Part shown: one piece after another, positions 1-7,998 of the stretch
Layout: each line of letters begins with the position of its first letter
Numbering within the stretch: position 1 is the first letter of the stretch
Assembly: GCA_964542025.1 (NCBI GenBank)
Contig: CAZISY010000001.1
Span: 8,749-72,748, forward strand
Source: an uncultured Verrucomicrobiota bacterium
GTDB taxonomy: Bacteria > Verrucomicrobiota > Kiritimatiellia > RZYC01
Direction: 5' to 3'
Length of the DNA stretch: 64,000 nt
Program-made: the position numbers and the translations under genes
Notes under the pieces: generated by a model
What the model saw: the letters and a program-made list of their open reading frames with translations, nothing else
Databases searched by the model: none
What the model was told of the DNA's origin: nothing

Positions 1-817
1 CGGACTGGCCGTGGCTTCCAATGATCCGCAGTTGATCGTCTTTTCCACCTTCTCGGCCTTCTTTGCCGGGATTGCACGGGAAGGATTCGAGATGTGGCGC
101 TATCAGCGGAATCTGAACGGCGTGAATGAGGGGCTGAATGTCACCATGCACCTTTCACACGTCGGCGCCTGCACCGGACGCGACCACTTTTCCGGCTGGG
201 ATCTCGATTGGATCAATCTGGCGCTGACCTATCTGCCTTATCTGCGCCGGTTCTATGCCCCCGCCGATGCCCGCAGCGCCTTTCTGGCCGTGCGCGATCT
301 GGCCGCCCATTACGGCGCGCACATTATCGGCATCCCGCGCGACAATCTGCCGATTCTGACAAAACAGGATGGCACGACGCCGCTTTGGAATCCGAATGAT
401 TCCTGGAGCAACATCACACCCTGCCGCTCCTATCCCGGCGCTCAAAAGGCGATTCTGTCCATGGGAGCGCCCAGTTTCCTGGCTGTGGAAGCCGCGGAAC
501 AGCTGCATCAGGCCGGAACTCCCGCCGACGTGCATATCATTAACGCCTTCCCGATTCCGCCCGCAGAACTAGCCGCCCTGATTCAGCGTTATCCGAAAGG
601 GCTGGTCACGGTGGAGGACGGACTCGTCTGCCACGGAACCGAATGCCTGCGCGGATTGGCCGGGATCGTGGCTGAATCCGCCGCCGCATTCAACATTCCC
701 GTGGACTTCATCGGCATTACCGATCCCCGGATTGCTCCGGCGGACGGCTACCTGGAACTCTGGGCGCACTTCGGCATAACAAAAGAAGCCATTGCCGGGG
801 CGGTCAGGGGTCTCTGA
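1..817 (+). CDS. Transketolase-family protein, C-terminal part (pyrimidine-binding plus TK_C domains); 5' end lies outside the window
   Basis: ORF 11..817 translation has the TK C-terminal pattern (ADVHIINAFPIPP...LVTVEDG). The frame runs open to the window edge. Alternatives DXS or PDH-E1beta cannot be excluded. Confidence 0.55.
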   Translation, partial: GLAVASNDPQLIVFSTFSAFFAGIAREGFEMWRYQRNLNGVNEGLNVTMHLSHVGACTGRDHFSGWDLDWINLALTYLPYLRRFYAPADARSAFLAVRDLAAHYGAHIIGIPRDNLPILTKQDGTTPLWNPNDSWSNITPCRSYPGAQKAILSMGAPSFLAVEAAEQLHQAGTPADVHIINAFPIPPAELAALIQRYPKGLVTVEDGLVCHGTECLRGLAGIVAESAAAFNIPVDFIGITDPRIAPADGYLELWAHFGITKEAIAGAVRGL

Positions 818-1656
818 TGCTGGATTTGCACCTGCATTCGACCTTTTCAGATGGATCCTGCACGCCGGAGGAATTGGTGCGGAAGGCCGTCGAACAGGGC
901 GTTTACGGCATCGCGCTGACCGATCATGACACGACCAAGGGTATTCCCGTATTCATGCAGGCCGGCGCGCAGTACGGCGTGGTCACGGTGCCCGGCGTGG
1001 AAATCAGCGCCGACTACGCCCCCGGAACCATGCACATCCTCGGCTACTACGTTGACCCCGAACACGGCCCGCTCAATGAACACCTGAAATGGATTCGCGA
1101 GGGGCGCGAGGAGCGTAACCGCGAAATTTATGAAAAACTGAAACAGCAGGGCGTGGATATTCCCTGGAGCGCCATTACCGCCTATGCCGGAGACGATGTG
1201 GTCGGGCGCCCGCACTTCGCGCAGGCTCTGGTGGCGGCAGGCTATGCCAGAGATCCCAAAGATGCCTTCAGAAAATTTCTGGCACGCGGACGCAGCGCCT
1301 ATTGCGAACGGCGTCGTCTGAATCCGGCGCTGTGCGTACAAATCATTGTGCAGGCCGGCGGAGTACCCGTACTCGCTCATCCCTCGTCCCTGGCCGTGGG
1401 TGGGCTGGACCTCCGCGAAGAAGTTAAAAAACTGGTGGATGCCGGTCTTCAGGGCATTGAAGTGATTTATCCCGAACATACCCAGGAAATGCGCAAGAAA
1501 TTCCGAACCCTCGCGGAGACCTTTGATCTGGTGGTTACCGGCGGAACCGATTTTCACGGCGCACTGACTCCGGACCTCCTGATCGGGCGCGGCTTCGGGA
1601 ATCTGAATGTGGAAAATGACGTGCTCGACTGCCTGATGCAGCGGCGTAAGCGCTGA
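817..1656 (+). CDS. PHP-domain metal-dependent phosphoesterase (TrpH/YciV-like)
   Basis: N-terminal LHLHSTFSDGS...GIALTDHD motif and C-terminal GGTDFHG are typical of PHP domains. The start overlaps the stop of the upstream gene. Confidence 0.7.
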   Translation: MLDLHLHSTFSDGSCTPEELVRKAVEQGVYGIALTDHDTTKGIPVFMQAGAQYGVVTVPGVEISADYAPGTMHILGYYVDPEHGPLNEHLKWIREGREERNREIYEKLKQQGVDIPWSAITAYAGDDVVGRPHFAQALVAAGYARDPKDAFRKFLARGRSAYCERRRLNPALCVQIIVQAGGVPVLAHPSSLAVGGLDLREEVKKLVDAGLQGIEVIYPEHTQEMRKKFRTLAETFDLVVTGGTDFHGALTPDLLIGRGFGNLNVENDVLDCLMQRRKR

Positions 1657-1717
1657 GCATCGCCCCGCGCCAAGCCCTCCGCCCTCCGGCGCAGGGGAAC
1701 GCCCTGCCGCCAAACGA

Positions 1718-2302
1718 TCAGTACTTCCGGATCACGGCTTTCACGACTCCTCCGATTTCAAGCGAATGGACCGGACGAATGCGTGTATAGCGGGCATTGG
1801 CGGGGTCGAGATATACGCCCTGCCGGTCTTTCCCGAAGTACTTCAGCGTCCATTCGCCATCCACCTGCGCGATGACAATCTCATTCGCCTTCGGTTTGGC
1901 GCTCTTATCAATCAGCACAATGTCGCCGGGATGGATCCCGGCCTCAATCATGGAATCCCCGCTGACCGTGAGCATGAAGGTGGATGCCGGTTTTTCGATG
2001 AGAAATTCATCCAGACTGATGGTGTCCACCAGTTCCTCTTCCGCAGGCGAGGGGAATCCCGCGCGGATGTTGCCCAGGAGTTTTACGGTTCCGGTCAGTT
2101 TACCCGTAAGGGCGATTTTCCCCTTTTCGTTGCGTATCAGAAAGCCGTTTTCCTCCAGCTTGCCCAGCAACCGGTGAACGGCGTTTTTAGATCGGTAGCC
2201 GAAAAGAGCCAGCATTTCGGTGTAGCCCGGAACACGGCCCTCGCGCTGATAAAAGGTGCGCAGGAGATCAAGTTTGCTGTGGAGATCGGTGGTTCTGGCC
2301 AT
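1718..2302 (-). CDS. lexA: LexA SOS repressor (S24 peptidase)
   Basis: The translation has an N-terminal winged-HTH region, the cleavage region and the S24 Ser/Lys catalytic core (VSGDSM...KPKANEIVIAQV). Length 194 aa. Confidence 0.9.
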   Translation of the reverse strand: MARTTDLHSKLDLLRTFYQREGRVPGYTEMLALFGYRSKNAVHRLLGKLEENGFLIRNEKGKIALTGKLTGTVKLLGNIRAGFPSPAEEELVDTISLDEFLIEKPASTFMLTVSGDSMIEAGIHPGDIVLIDKSAKPKANEIVIAQVDGEWTLKYFGKDRQGVYLDPANARYTRIRPVHSLEIGGVVKAVIRKY

Positions 2303-2335
2303 ACGTTTCTTCCATGAAGTACGCAGAAAACATAC

Positions 2336-2351
2336 GTGAACGAACGTTCAC
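2336..2351. promoter_or_regulatory. Putative LexA operator (Cheo-type GAAC-N4-GTTC) about 35 nt upstream of the lexA start
   Basis: The sequence gtGAACgaacGTTCac sits in the lexA 5' leader, consistent with autoregulation. Confidence 0.5.
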
Positions 2352-2370
2352 CATTCAAGCCTTTCTTCCA

Positions 2371-2407
2371 AAATAAAAAAGGCGGCCTGAAAGGCCGCCT
2401 GATGTCA
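2371..2407 (-). terminator. Rho-independent terminator for the minus-strand PEP-CTERM gene
   Basis: Hairpin GGCGGCC-tgaaa-GGCCGCC (2381-2399) is followed on the minus strand by UUUUUUAUUU. It lies between the stop of the PEP-CTERM gene and the lexA promoter. Confidence 0.6.
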
Positions 2408-2423
2408 AAGCAAACTCGTACGC

Positions 2424-3062
2424 TTACTGCCTGCGTATTTTCCGGCGTATCAAACCAATCGCCACAATACCCAACCCCAAAAGCGTGGCCGAAACCGGCT
2501 CGGGGACGGCAGCGAAATCGAAGGTGTCGATGTACATGGTCGCACCGCCATTGAGCGCTTGGAAATTAACTTCGCAATATGTGGCACCCACTGGGGCAAC
2601 GATGCCTGCGGGATCAAAGAGTGTGGCTTGATTCCACTGCGCGGGGGTATAACCGGCATAGTTGATCGCGGCAGCATTCGAGGAAATCAACCCCGATGAT
2701 CCATTCCAGTTGAATGTTCCGACTAATGTGCCGGTAAAGCCGGAAAATTCAATGGCGTAGTAGAGTGAAAGATTATAGGACGTTCCCGCGACTACGTTTG
2801 GTTTTTGTTCCACTCCGCTATTAGGGGCACCGCCGCTCCAAGTGAACAGCATAACGGCATTACTTCCGGCCTGAGGAGCGACACCATATCCGGAATCAGA
2901 GGTCTGAGCACCCCATCCATACCAATTCGTTACGTCGCAACCTGTTGCCCAGCTGTTATACGACACCCCGGGACCATCAAACCCGGGATTCACCAGAAGA
3001 TTTGCCTGAGCAGAAATGGTTAATGCACAAACCATAACCATTAAACAACCAGCTATTCTCAT
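2424..3062 (-). CDS. PEP-CTERM sorting-domain secreted protein (lectin/CBM-like body)
   Basis: Signal peptide MRIAGCLMVMVCALTISAQA; C-terminal VPEP motif, TM helix and RRKIRRQ. A strong RBS AAGGAGG precedes the ATG at 3062. The ORF track extends to 3119. Confidence 0.75.
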   Translation of the reverse strand: MRIAGCLMVMVCALTISAQANLLVNPGFDGPGVSYNSWATGCDVTNWYGWGAQTSDSGYGVAPQAGSNAVMLFTWSGGAPNSGVEQKPNVVAGTSYNLSLYYAIEFSGFTGTLVGTFNWNGSSGLISSNAAAINYAGYTPAQWNQATLFDPAGIVAPVGATYCEVNFQALNGGATMYIDTFDFAAVPEPVSATLLGLGIVAIGLIRRKIRRQ

Positions 3063-3397
3063 CTCATCCTCCTTATGCTGTTTTAAAGCGCCAACAACAC
3101 CGGACGCCAGCGAACACACAACACGAACACTGTTTGGAGAGTAGGTATTTAAACATTAAACGCAAGGAAAAAAATGCTGATGAATGTTGAAATGTATGGC
3201 GACGGTCCTCCTCCCCGAAACGCGTGGCCGTACGTAAAGAATGACAAAACCATGAAAATGTTTGACAAACAGGCGGTTTGAGTTGCTTAGTCAAACAAGA
3301 TTGTGTGTGGGGACGCCGGATGCCGCTTGTATCTCATTCATTTCAAGGGCACCAAGCCATTCCCTCTGTTGTAATACCACAAAGGAGTTTGTTCGTT

Positions 3398-3670
3398 ATG
3401 ATGCGTTCAAGAAATGGGACCGCGCTCATTTATGCGCTGCTTTTGTTTCACTTCGTTACGCTTGAGGGGATTTGTGATGATGGGCGATTCATTTGTGATC
3501 TGGTTCCATCTTTTGAGCAGGACGTCACGGGTGGATATACTATACGACTCAGCACGTATGAATCCAAGTGGGACACCTTGACGGCTGTAGTCAGCCTGTC
3601 AGGCATACAATGGCTTTCCATTCCGAATGGTGCTGCAGTGGGAATCGCGTGTATTATGATGGCGTCATGA
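3398..3670 (+). CDS. Hypothetical small protein in a low-GC leader
   Basis: RBS AAGGAG is 8 nt upstream of ATGATG. Hydrophobic N-terminus. No recognisable family. Confidence 0.3.
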   Translation: MMRSRNGTALIYALLLFHFVTLEGICDDGRFICDLVPSFEQDVTGGYTIRLSTYESKWDTLTAVVSLSGIQWLSIPNGAAVGIACIMMAS

Positions 3671-3828
3671 TCCTGAACGCCAATCACGGTATGACGAACT
3701 ATGCGCAGGTGTTTGCGCATGGACTCCATCCGCATATTGATTTCCAAAGTAATAACACGACGGATGGCATTATCGGATTGGAATATATCAAGTGTAGTAT
3801 ACGAGACGAATTTGGGGAGCCGGAATAA
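3568..3828 (+). CDS. Hypothetical small protein; its stop overlaps the start of the downstream FGE-like gene (TAATG)
   Basis: Overlaps the previous ORF in another frame. The two may be one frameshifted gene or alternative reading frames. Coupling to the 3828 start supports co-translation. Confidence 0.3.
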   Translation: MGHLDGCSQPVRHTMAFHSEWCCSGNRVYYDGVMILNANHGMTNYAQVFAHGLHPHIDFQSNNTTDGIIGLEYIKCSIRDEFGEPE

Positions 3829-4811
3829 TGACCGTATGTGTCCGCATGTTAATAGTTGCCGGGTGCCTGCTTGGTGTGTGTGCAACCCTGCATGCGGACA
3901 TTGTTTGCGACATGATCACGATAGGGAATCCGGGGAATGCAGCGGATACGCCCTATATGGATACATCCTTCCACATTGGCGCGGTATCCTACGTGTATCA
4001 GATCAGCACCTACGAGGTAACGGTGGGGCAATACACGGAGTTTCTGAATGCGAAGGCGGCGAGCGATCCATATGATTTGTATCACCCGGATATGGAAAGT
4101 GGGTATTTGGTCGGTGGAAGTTTCATTCTCCGCAGCGGGGAATCGGGATCCTATACGTATACGGCGGTTTCGGGCAAAGAGAATCAGCCGGTTCGCATGG
4201 TGAGTTTTTTTGATTCGCTCCGATTCTGTAACTGGCTGCACAACGGGCAGGGCGCCGGGGATACGGAAGCCGGCTCCTATACGATCAGCGACGGGGTCTG
4301 GTTGCTTCGCAATGAGGGGGCTTCCTGGGTGCTGCCGTCGCTGGATGAATGGTTCAAGGCGGCGTATTATGATGCGGAGGCGGAGGAATACCGGCAATAT
4401 CCCAATGGGCGCGATGCCATTGAGTATCCCACGGATGAAACGACCCCGAGAGAGCAGAATTTCGGGGGGAGTCAATATGAGTGGTACGGTAACGTGTGTT
4501 TCACGTCCACCGGTGAAACGACGGGACAGAGCGCCTATGGGGTCTGCGACATGGGAGGCAATGTCAGGGAATGGACCGATACGCTCAATCCGCCGGGAAA
4601 TGGGTTCTATCGCAAGGTGCGTGGGGGATCATTTTCTTCGTTGGCATCAAGTCTTTCCCGGCCTGGAGAAGTATCGGAAAATCCTGATCTTTCCAGCGAA
4701 GGTCTTGGGTTTCGGCTGGTCTACCTGATCCCGGAGCCGGGGACGGTCGGGCTGCTGGTTGTTGGCATGATGGGGATTTGTTATATGCGCAGGCGGAAAT
4801 CATCGGGTTAA
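3828..4811 (+). CDS. FGE-sulfatase (SUMF1/DUF323) domain protein with a PEP-CTERM anchor
   Basis: RGGSF...GFRLV C-terminal FGE-fold motifs. The catalytic Cys pair of true FGE is missing. IPEPGTVGLLVVG...RRRK PEP-CTERM tail. Signal peptide present. Confidence 0.75.
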   Translation: MTVCVRMLIVAGCLLGVCATLHADIVCDMITIGNPGNAADTPYMDTSFHIGAVSYVYQISTYEVTVGQYTEFLNAKAASDPYDLYHPDMESGYLVGGSFILRSGESGSYTYTAVSGKENQPVRMVSFFDSLRFCNWLHNGQGAGDTEAGSYTISDGVWLLRNEGASWVLPSLDEWFKAAYYDAEAEEYRQYPNGRDAIEYPTDETTPREQNFGGSQYEWYGNVCFTSTGETTGQSAYGVCDMGGNVREWTDTLNPPGNGFYRKVRGGSFSSLASSLSRPGEVSENPDLSSEGLGFRLVYLIPEPGTVGLLVVGMMGICYMRRRKSSG

Positions 4812-4813
4812 CC

Positions 4814-5812
4814 ATGAATACGGTATTGAATATCCGAATAATCAGGTGCGTGGCTCTATTCCTGTCCGTTTGTGCGGGGCCATCCGCCTTGGCGGAATTG
4901 GTGTTTAATATGACCACTATCGGCAATCCGGGCAATGTGCCGGATCATCCTTACCCGGACCCGGATGTGGTGGTAGGCGCAGTAGATTATGTTTATCAGA
5001 TCAGCAAGTATGAGGTGACGGTTGCGCAGTATGTGGAATTCCTGAATGCGAAGGCGGCCAGTGATCCGTATGGGTTGTACGACAGTCGAATGGCTGGTGC
5101 GCCTGGGATTATAGGTGGCGCGATTATCAACCGGGCCGGCGAAGACGGCACCTATACGTATACGGCTGTTTCCGGAAGAGAAAACCAGCCGGTGAGAATG
5201 TTAAATTTCTATGATGGCCTTCGCCTGGCGAACTGGTTGCACAATGGTCAGTGCGACGGGGATACGGAAGATGGAAGTTATACATTAAGCGGTGGTGTTT
5301 GGTTGACCCGTAATGAAGGGGCCTCCTGGGTGCTGGCTTCGCAGGACGAATGGCACAAGGCAGCCTACTACGACCCGGAAACGGGAAGCTACAATAAATA
5401 TCCCAACGGCAGGGACACGGTCGAATACCCCACCGATGAAACCACGCCCAGAGAGATGAATTTTGGATCCAGCCCCCAATGGCAGGGAAATGTATGTTTT
5501 ACCTCCATCGGCGAGACGACGGGGTATAGTGCGTATGGGGTATACGACATGGGGGGGAATGTCGAGGAATGGACGGATTCACTCAATCCTCCCGGTCAGG
5601 GGGCTAATCGAGCGGTTTACGGCGGAACCTACAGTACCGCAGACTCTTATTTGGCCCATGACGGCGATATTTCCCGCGATCCGGCGATTGATTCCGATGC
5701 GCGAGGTCTTCGTTTAGTTTATTTGATCCCGGAGCCGGGGACGGTCGGGTTGGGGGTGTTGGGGTTGGTTTCATGCTGGTTCTATCGTAAAAGAAAAACG
5801 GGGCAGCGGTGA
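4814..5812 (+). CDS. FGE-sulfatase domain PEP-CTERM protein, tandem paralogue of the previous gene
   Basis: Co-linear similarity to 3828..4811 (TIGNPGN, YVYQIS, NQPVRM, IPEPGTVGL). The ATG at 4814 follows the stop of the previous gene by 2 nt. Confidence 0.75.
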   Translation: MNTVLNIRIIRCVALFLSVCAGPSALAELVFNMTTIGNPGNVPDHPYPDPDVVVGAVDYVYQISKYEVTVAQYVEFLNAKAASDPYGLYDSRMAGAPGIIGGAIINRAGEDGTYTYTAVSGRENQPVRMLNFYDGLRLANWLHNGQCDGDTEDGSYTLSGGVWLTRNEGASWVLASQDEWHKAAYYDPETGSYNKYPNGRDTVEYPTDETTPREMNFGSSPQWQGNVCFTSIGETTGYSAYGVYDMGGNVEEWTDSLNPPGQGANRAVYGGTYSTADSYLAHDGDISRDPAIDSDARGLRLVYLIPEPGTVGLGVLGLVSCWFYRKRKTGQR

Positions 5813-6398
5813 TGAAAAGACGAATGTTGTCATTTTTCCAACCCATGATGGCACCGAAAGATATTCCGGCACCCCGTTTGGGGGGCATGGGGCACAGGGG
5901 AATCAGAACCCCAGGGTCTGCCGAACCTGGGCTATATGCCTGCACCCGCTCAGGGGTGTTGGCTCGTTTCTTCTCGGATCGGCTGCGGCATGTTGAACCC
6001 GCGAAAAAAGAAAATAGGGCTACGATGCACGCCTGCAAATTGAAATTATTAAAATATAGGACTGAGGCCAGCGGCCCTCCAGAGGGGTCATAATCTGTGA
6101 AAATCGGTGCAATCTGTGGACGACGTCCTTTGCGTTTTGCTGCTCCGTGTCTCCGTGCCCTCCAGCGCCAGCGGGTGGTGAAAAATACAATGGAGAGTTT
6201 GGCGCAGTGGAAATCTCGTTTTTCCGTCGGGAGTGAGATTTTAAGTTACTAATGAGTCCTTCATTCGTTGCTTTCTGATTCGTTGGAGGAGCGTGGTGGT
6301 CTTTGGTCATTGATTCTGCTGAGAAGAACATTCCGCATGTTTCGCGGCGACAGCCGGCAATCGAAATCCTTGTTGGACGAAAGAGGCTTTCTAAACGT

Positions 6399-6476
6399 TT
6401 TCCAATGGTTGGAAAATTCGTTCAAAAAGTTTCCAATGATTGGAAGTTTTCTCAACCCGTTTTCCAATGATTGGAA
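6399..6476. repeat. Three 15-bp palindromes TTCCAAT-G-(G/A)TTGGAA spaced about 31 bp apart
   Basis: Direct reading gives centres near 6406, 6438 and 6469. Two of the three are perfect palindromes. Confidence 0.8.
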
Positions 6477-6896
6477 GGGTAGTATCCAGGCAGTGTTCAG
6501 ATATTTTCGCGCATTCGTAATAAGGTCCTCCATTAACTTCACCGTTCCTGCTTGCCGGGCGGCGGCCTCTGTGTTCCGGCCGGCGAGAATGGGTATCCTT
6601 GCTTCGTTGCCTTTGCGCCCTTGAGCGAAGCGGGTGTGAATGTGATTCTGAACAGAGAAAACGAACCTTTTGAGTTACCTTTTTTGACAGGATCGAGAGC
6701 ATTTGGATTTTTGAACAGAAGGAAACGAAGGTAACGAAGAGGTAATCAAACCGGTTGCGACAGAGCGCAACCCTCCATCAATTCCTTTATTCGCGCCCAT
6801 TGGCGCTCAGTCGCGGTTAACACTCTCCGCATCTCAAATCTGTGCAATCCGCCTTCGTTCTGACGGAACTACGGCGCGACACGTCTGCGGAGAATT

Positions 6897-6942
6897 TCCA
6901 ATCGTTGGAAACTTTTCGGGCTGTTTTTCCAATCATTGGAAA
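6897..6942. repeat. Two 15-bp palindromes TTCCAATC(G/A)TTGGAA 31 bp apart
   Basis: Centres near 6904 and 6935. Same family as 6399..6476 and 53099..53236. Confidence 0.8.
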
Positions 6943-6955
6943 TCCGGGGGGCGTT

Positions 6956-7894
6956 TCACGGGCGATTCTTTTGCCAGGCGACCTGGGCGGCGAGTCCCTC
7001 GCGGACGGTGGTGGTGGGCGAGTAGTTGAGGAGTCGCCTGGCTTTTTCAATGTTTGCGGAGGTGTGTTTCTGGTCGCCGGGACGCATGGGGAACCGCTCG
7101 ATGATGGCCTGTTCGCCGATGAGTTCCTGGAGGAGGGCGACGACCTGATTCAGGGATACGGTTTCGCCGCCGCCCACGTTGAAGGTTTGGCCGATGGCTT
7201 TTTCGCGATGCTGCCAGGCGAGGAGGGTGGCTTGTACGCAGTCGGCCACGTAGGTGTTGCTGCGCGTCTGTTCGCCGTCGCCGTATTGTTTGAAGGGTGT
7301 GTGTTCCATCAGGGCGCGGATGAGGATGTTGTAGGCCATATCGGGGCGCTGGCGGGGACCGTAGACGGAAAAGTAGCGGAGGATGGTGATGGGGAGCCCG
7401 AAGTTGACTTCGTAGGCGCGGCAGAGGTTTTCGGCGGCGAGTTTGGTGATGCCGTAGGGGGAGAAGGGGGCGAGGGGGGAGTCTTCGGAGCCGGTGGCCT
7501 GTTTGCCGTATACGCTGGAGGTGGAGACATGAATGAGCTGGGGGATTTTGTGTTTGCGGGTGGTGTCGAGCATGCGCTGAGTGGCGATGAGATTGCAGGA
7601 GGAGTAGAGTTCAAGGTCGCTCCAGCTCAGCATGAGGCCGGCCATGGCGGCCAGGTGGAAAATGACGTCGCATCCTTCCGCGAGGTGATCGGGGACAGGG
7701 TTTCGCAGGTCGGCTTCATGGAAGGTGAAGCGGGGGTTTTTGAGTATTTCGGTGAGGTTGGTTTCTTTGATGGGGCGCGGATAATAGGGAATGAAGGCAT
7801 CCACCCCGACGACTTCGTGTCCGTGCGCGAGCAGGGTTTCCGTGAGGTGTGATCCGATAAATCCGGCGGCGCCTGTAACCAAACAACGACTCAT
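6956..7894 (-). CDS. NAD-dependent epimerase/dehydratase (UDP-sugar epimerase/decarboxylase family)
   Basis: GAAGFIGSHL Rossmann motif and YxxxK (YGITK) catalytic motif. Confidence 0.8.
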   Translation of the reverse strand: MSRCLVTGAAGFIGSHLTETLLAHGHEVVGVDAFIPYYPRPIKETNLTEILKNPRFTFHEADLRNPVPDHLAEGCDVIFHLAAMAGLMLSWSDLELYSSCNLIATQRMLDTTRKHKIPQLIHVSTSSVYGKQATGSEDSPLAPFSPYGITKLAAENLCRAYEVNFGLPITILRYFSVYGPRQRPDMAYNILIRALMEHTPFKQYGDGEQTRSNTYVADCVQATLLAWQHREKAIGQTFNVGGGETVSLNQVVALLQELIGEQAIIERFPMRPGDQKHTSANIEKARRLLNYSPTTTVREGLAAQVAWQKNRP

Positions 7895-7916
7895 TGTTCA
7901 CCACTCCTGATGATAT

Positions 7917-7956
7917 GAAAAAAGTATTGGCAGGCATCATAGCGATGATGCCTGCC
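7917..7956 (-). terminator. Hairpin plus U-tract on the minus strand between the secreted-protein gene and the epimerase
   Basis: GGCAGGCATCAT-agcg-ATGATGCCTGCC (12-bp perfect stem, 7929-7956) is followed on the minus strand by UUUUUUC. It sits just 5' of the epimerase RBS. Confidence 0.55.
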
Positions 7957-7998
7957 AATTCAACCCATTTCCCGCGTTTCGGACGGGTGTTTTCAGCT

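Noticed and set aside
6842-7852. 336-aa plus-strand ORF antisense to the epimerase gene
   Set aside because: Low-complexity Gly/Ala/Val-rich translation typical of antisense reading of a GC-rich gene. The minus-strand gene has clear Rossmann and YxxxK motifs.
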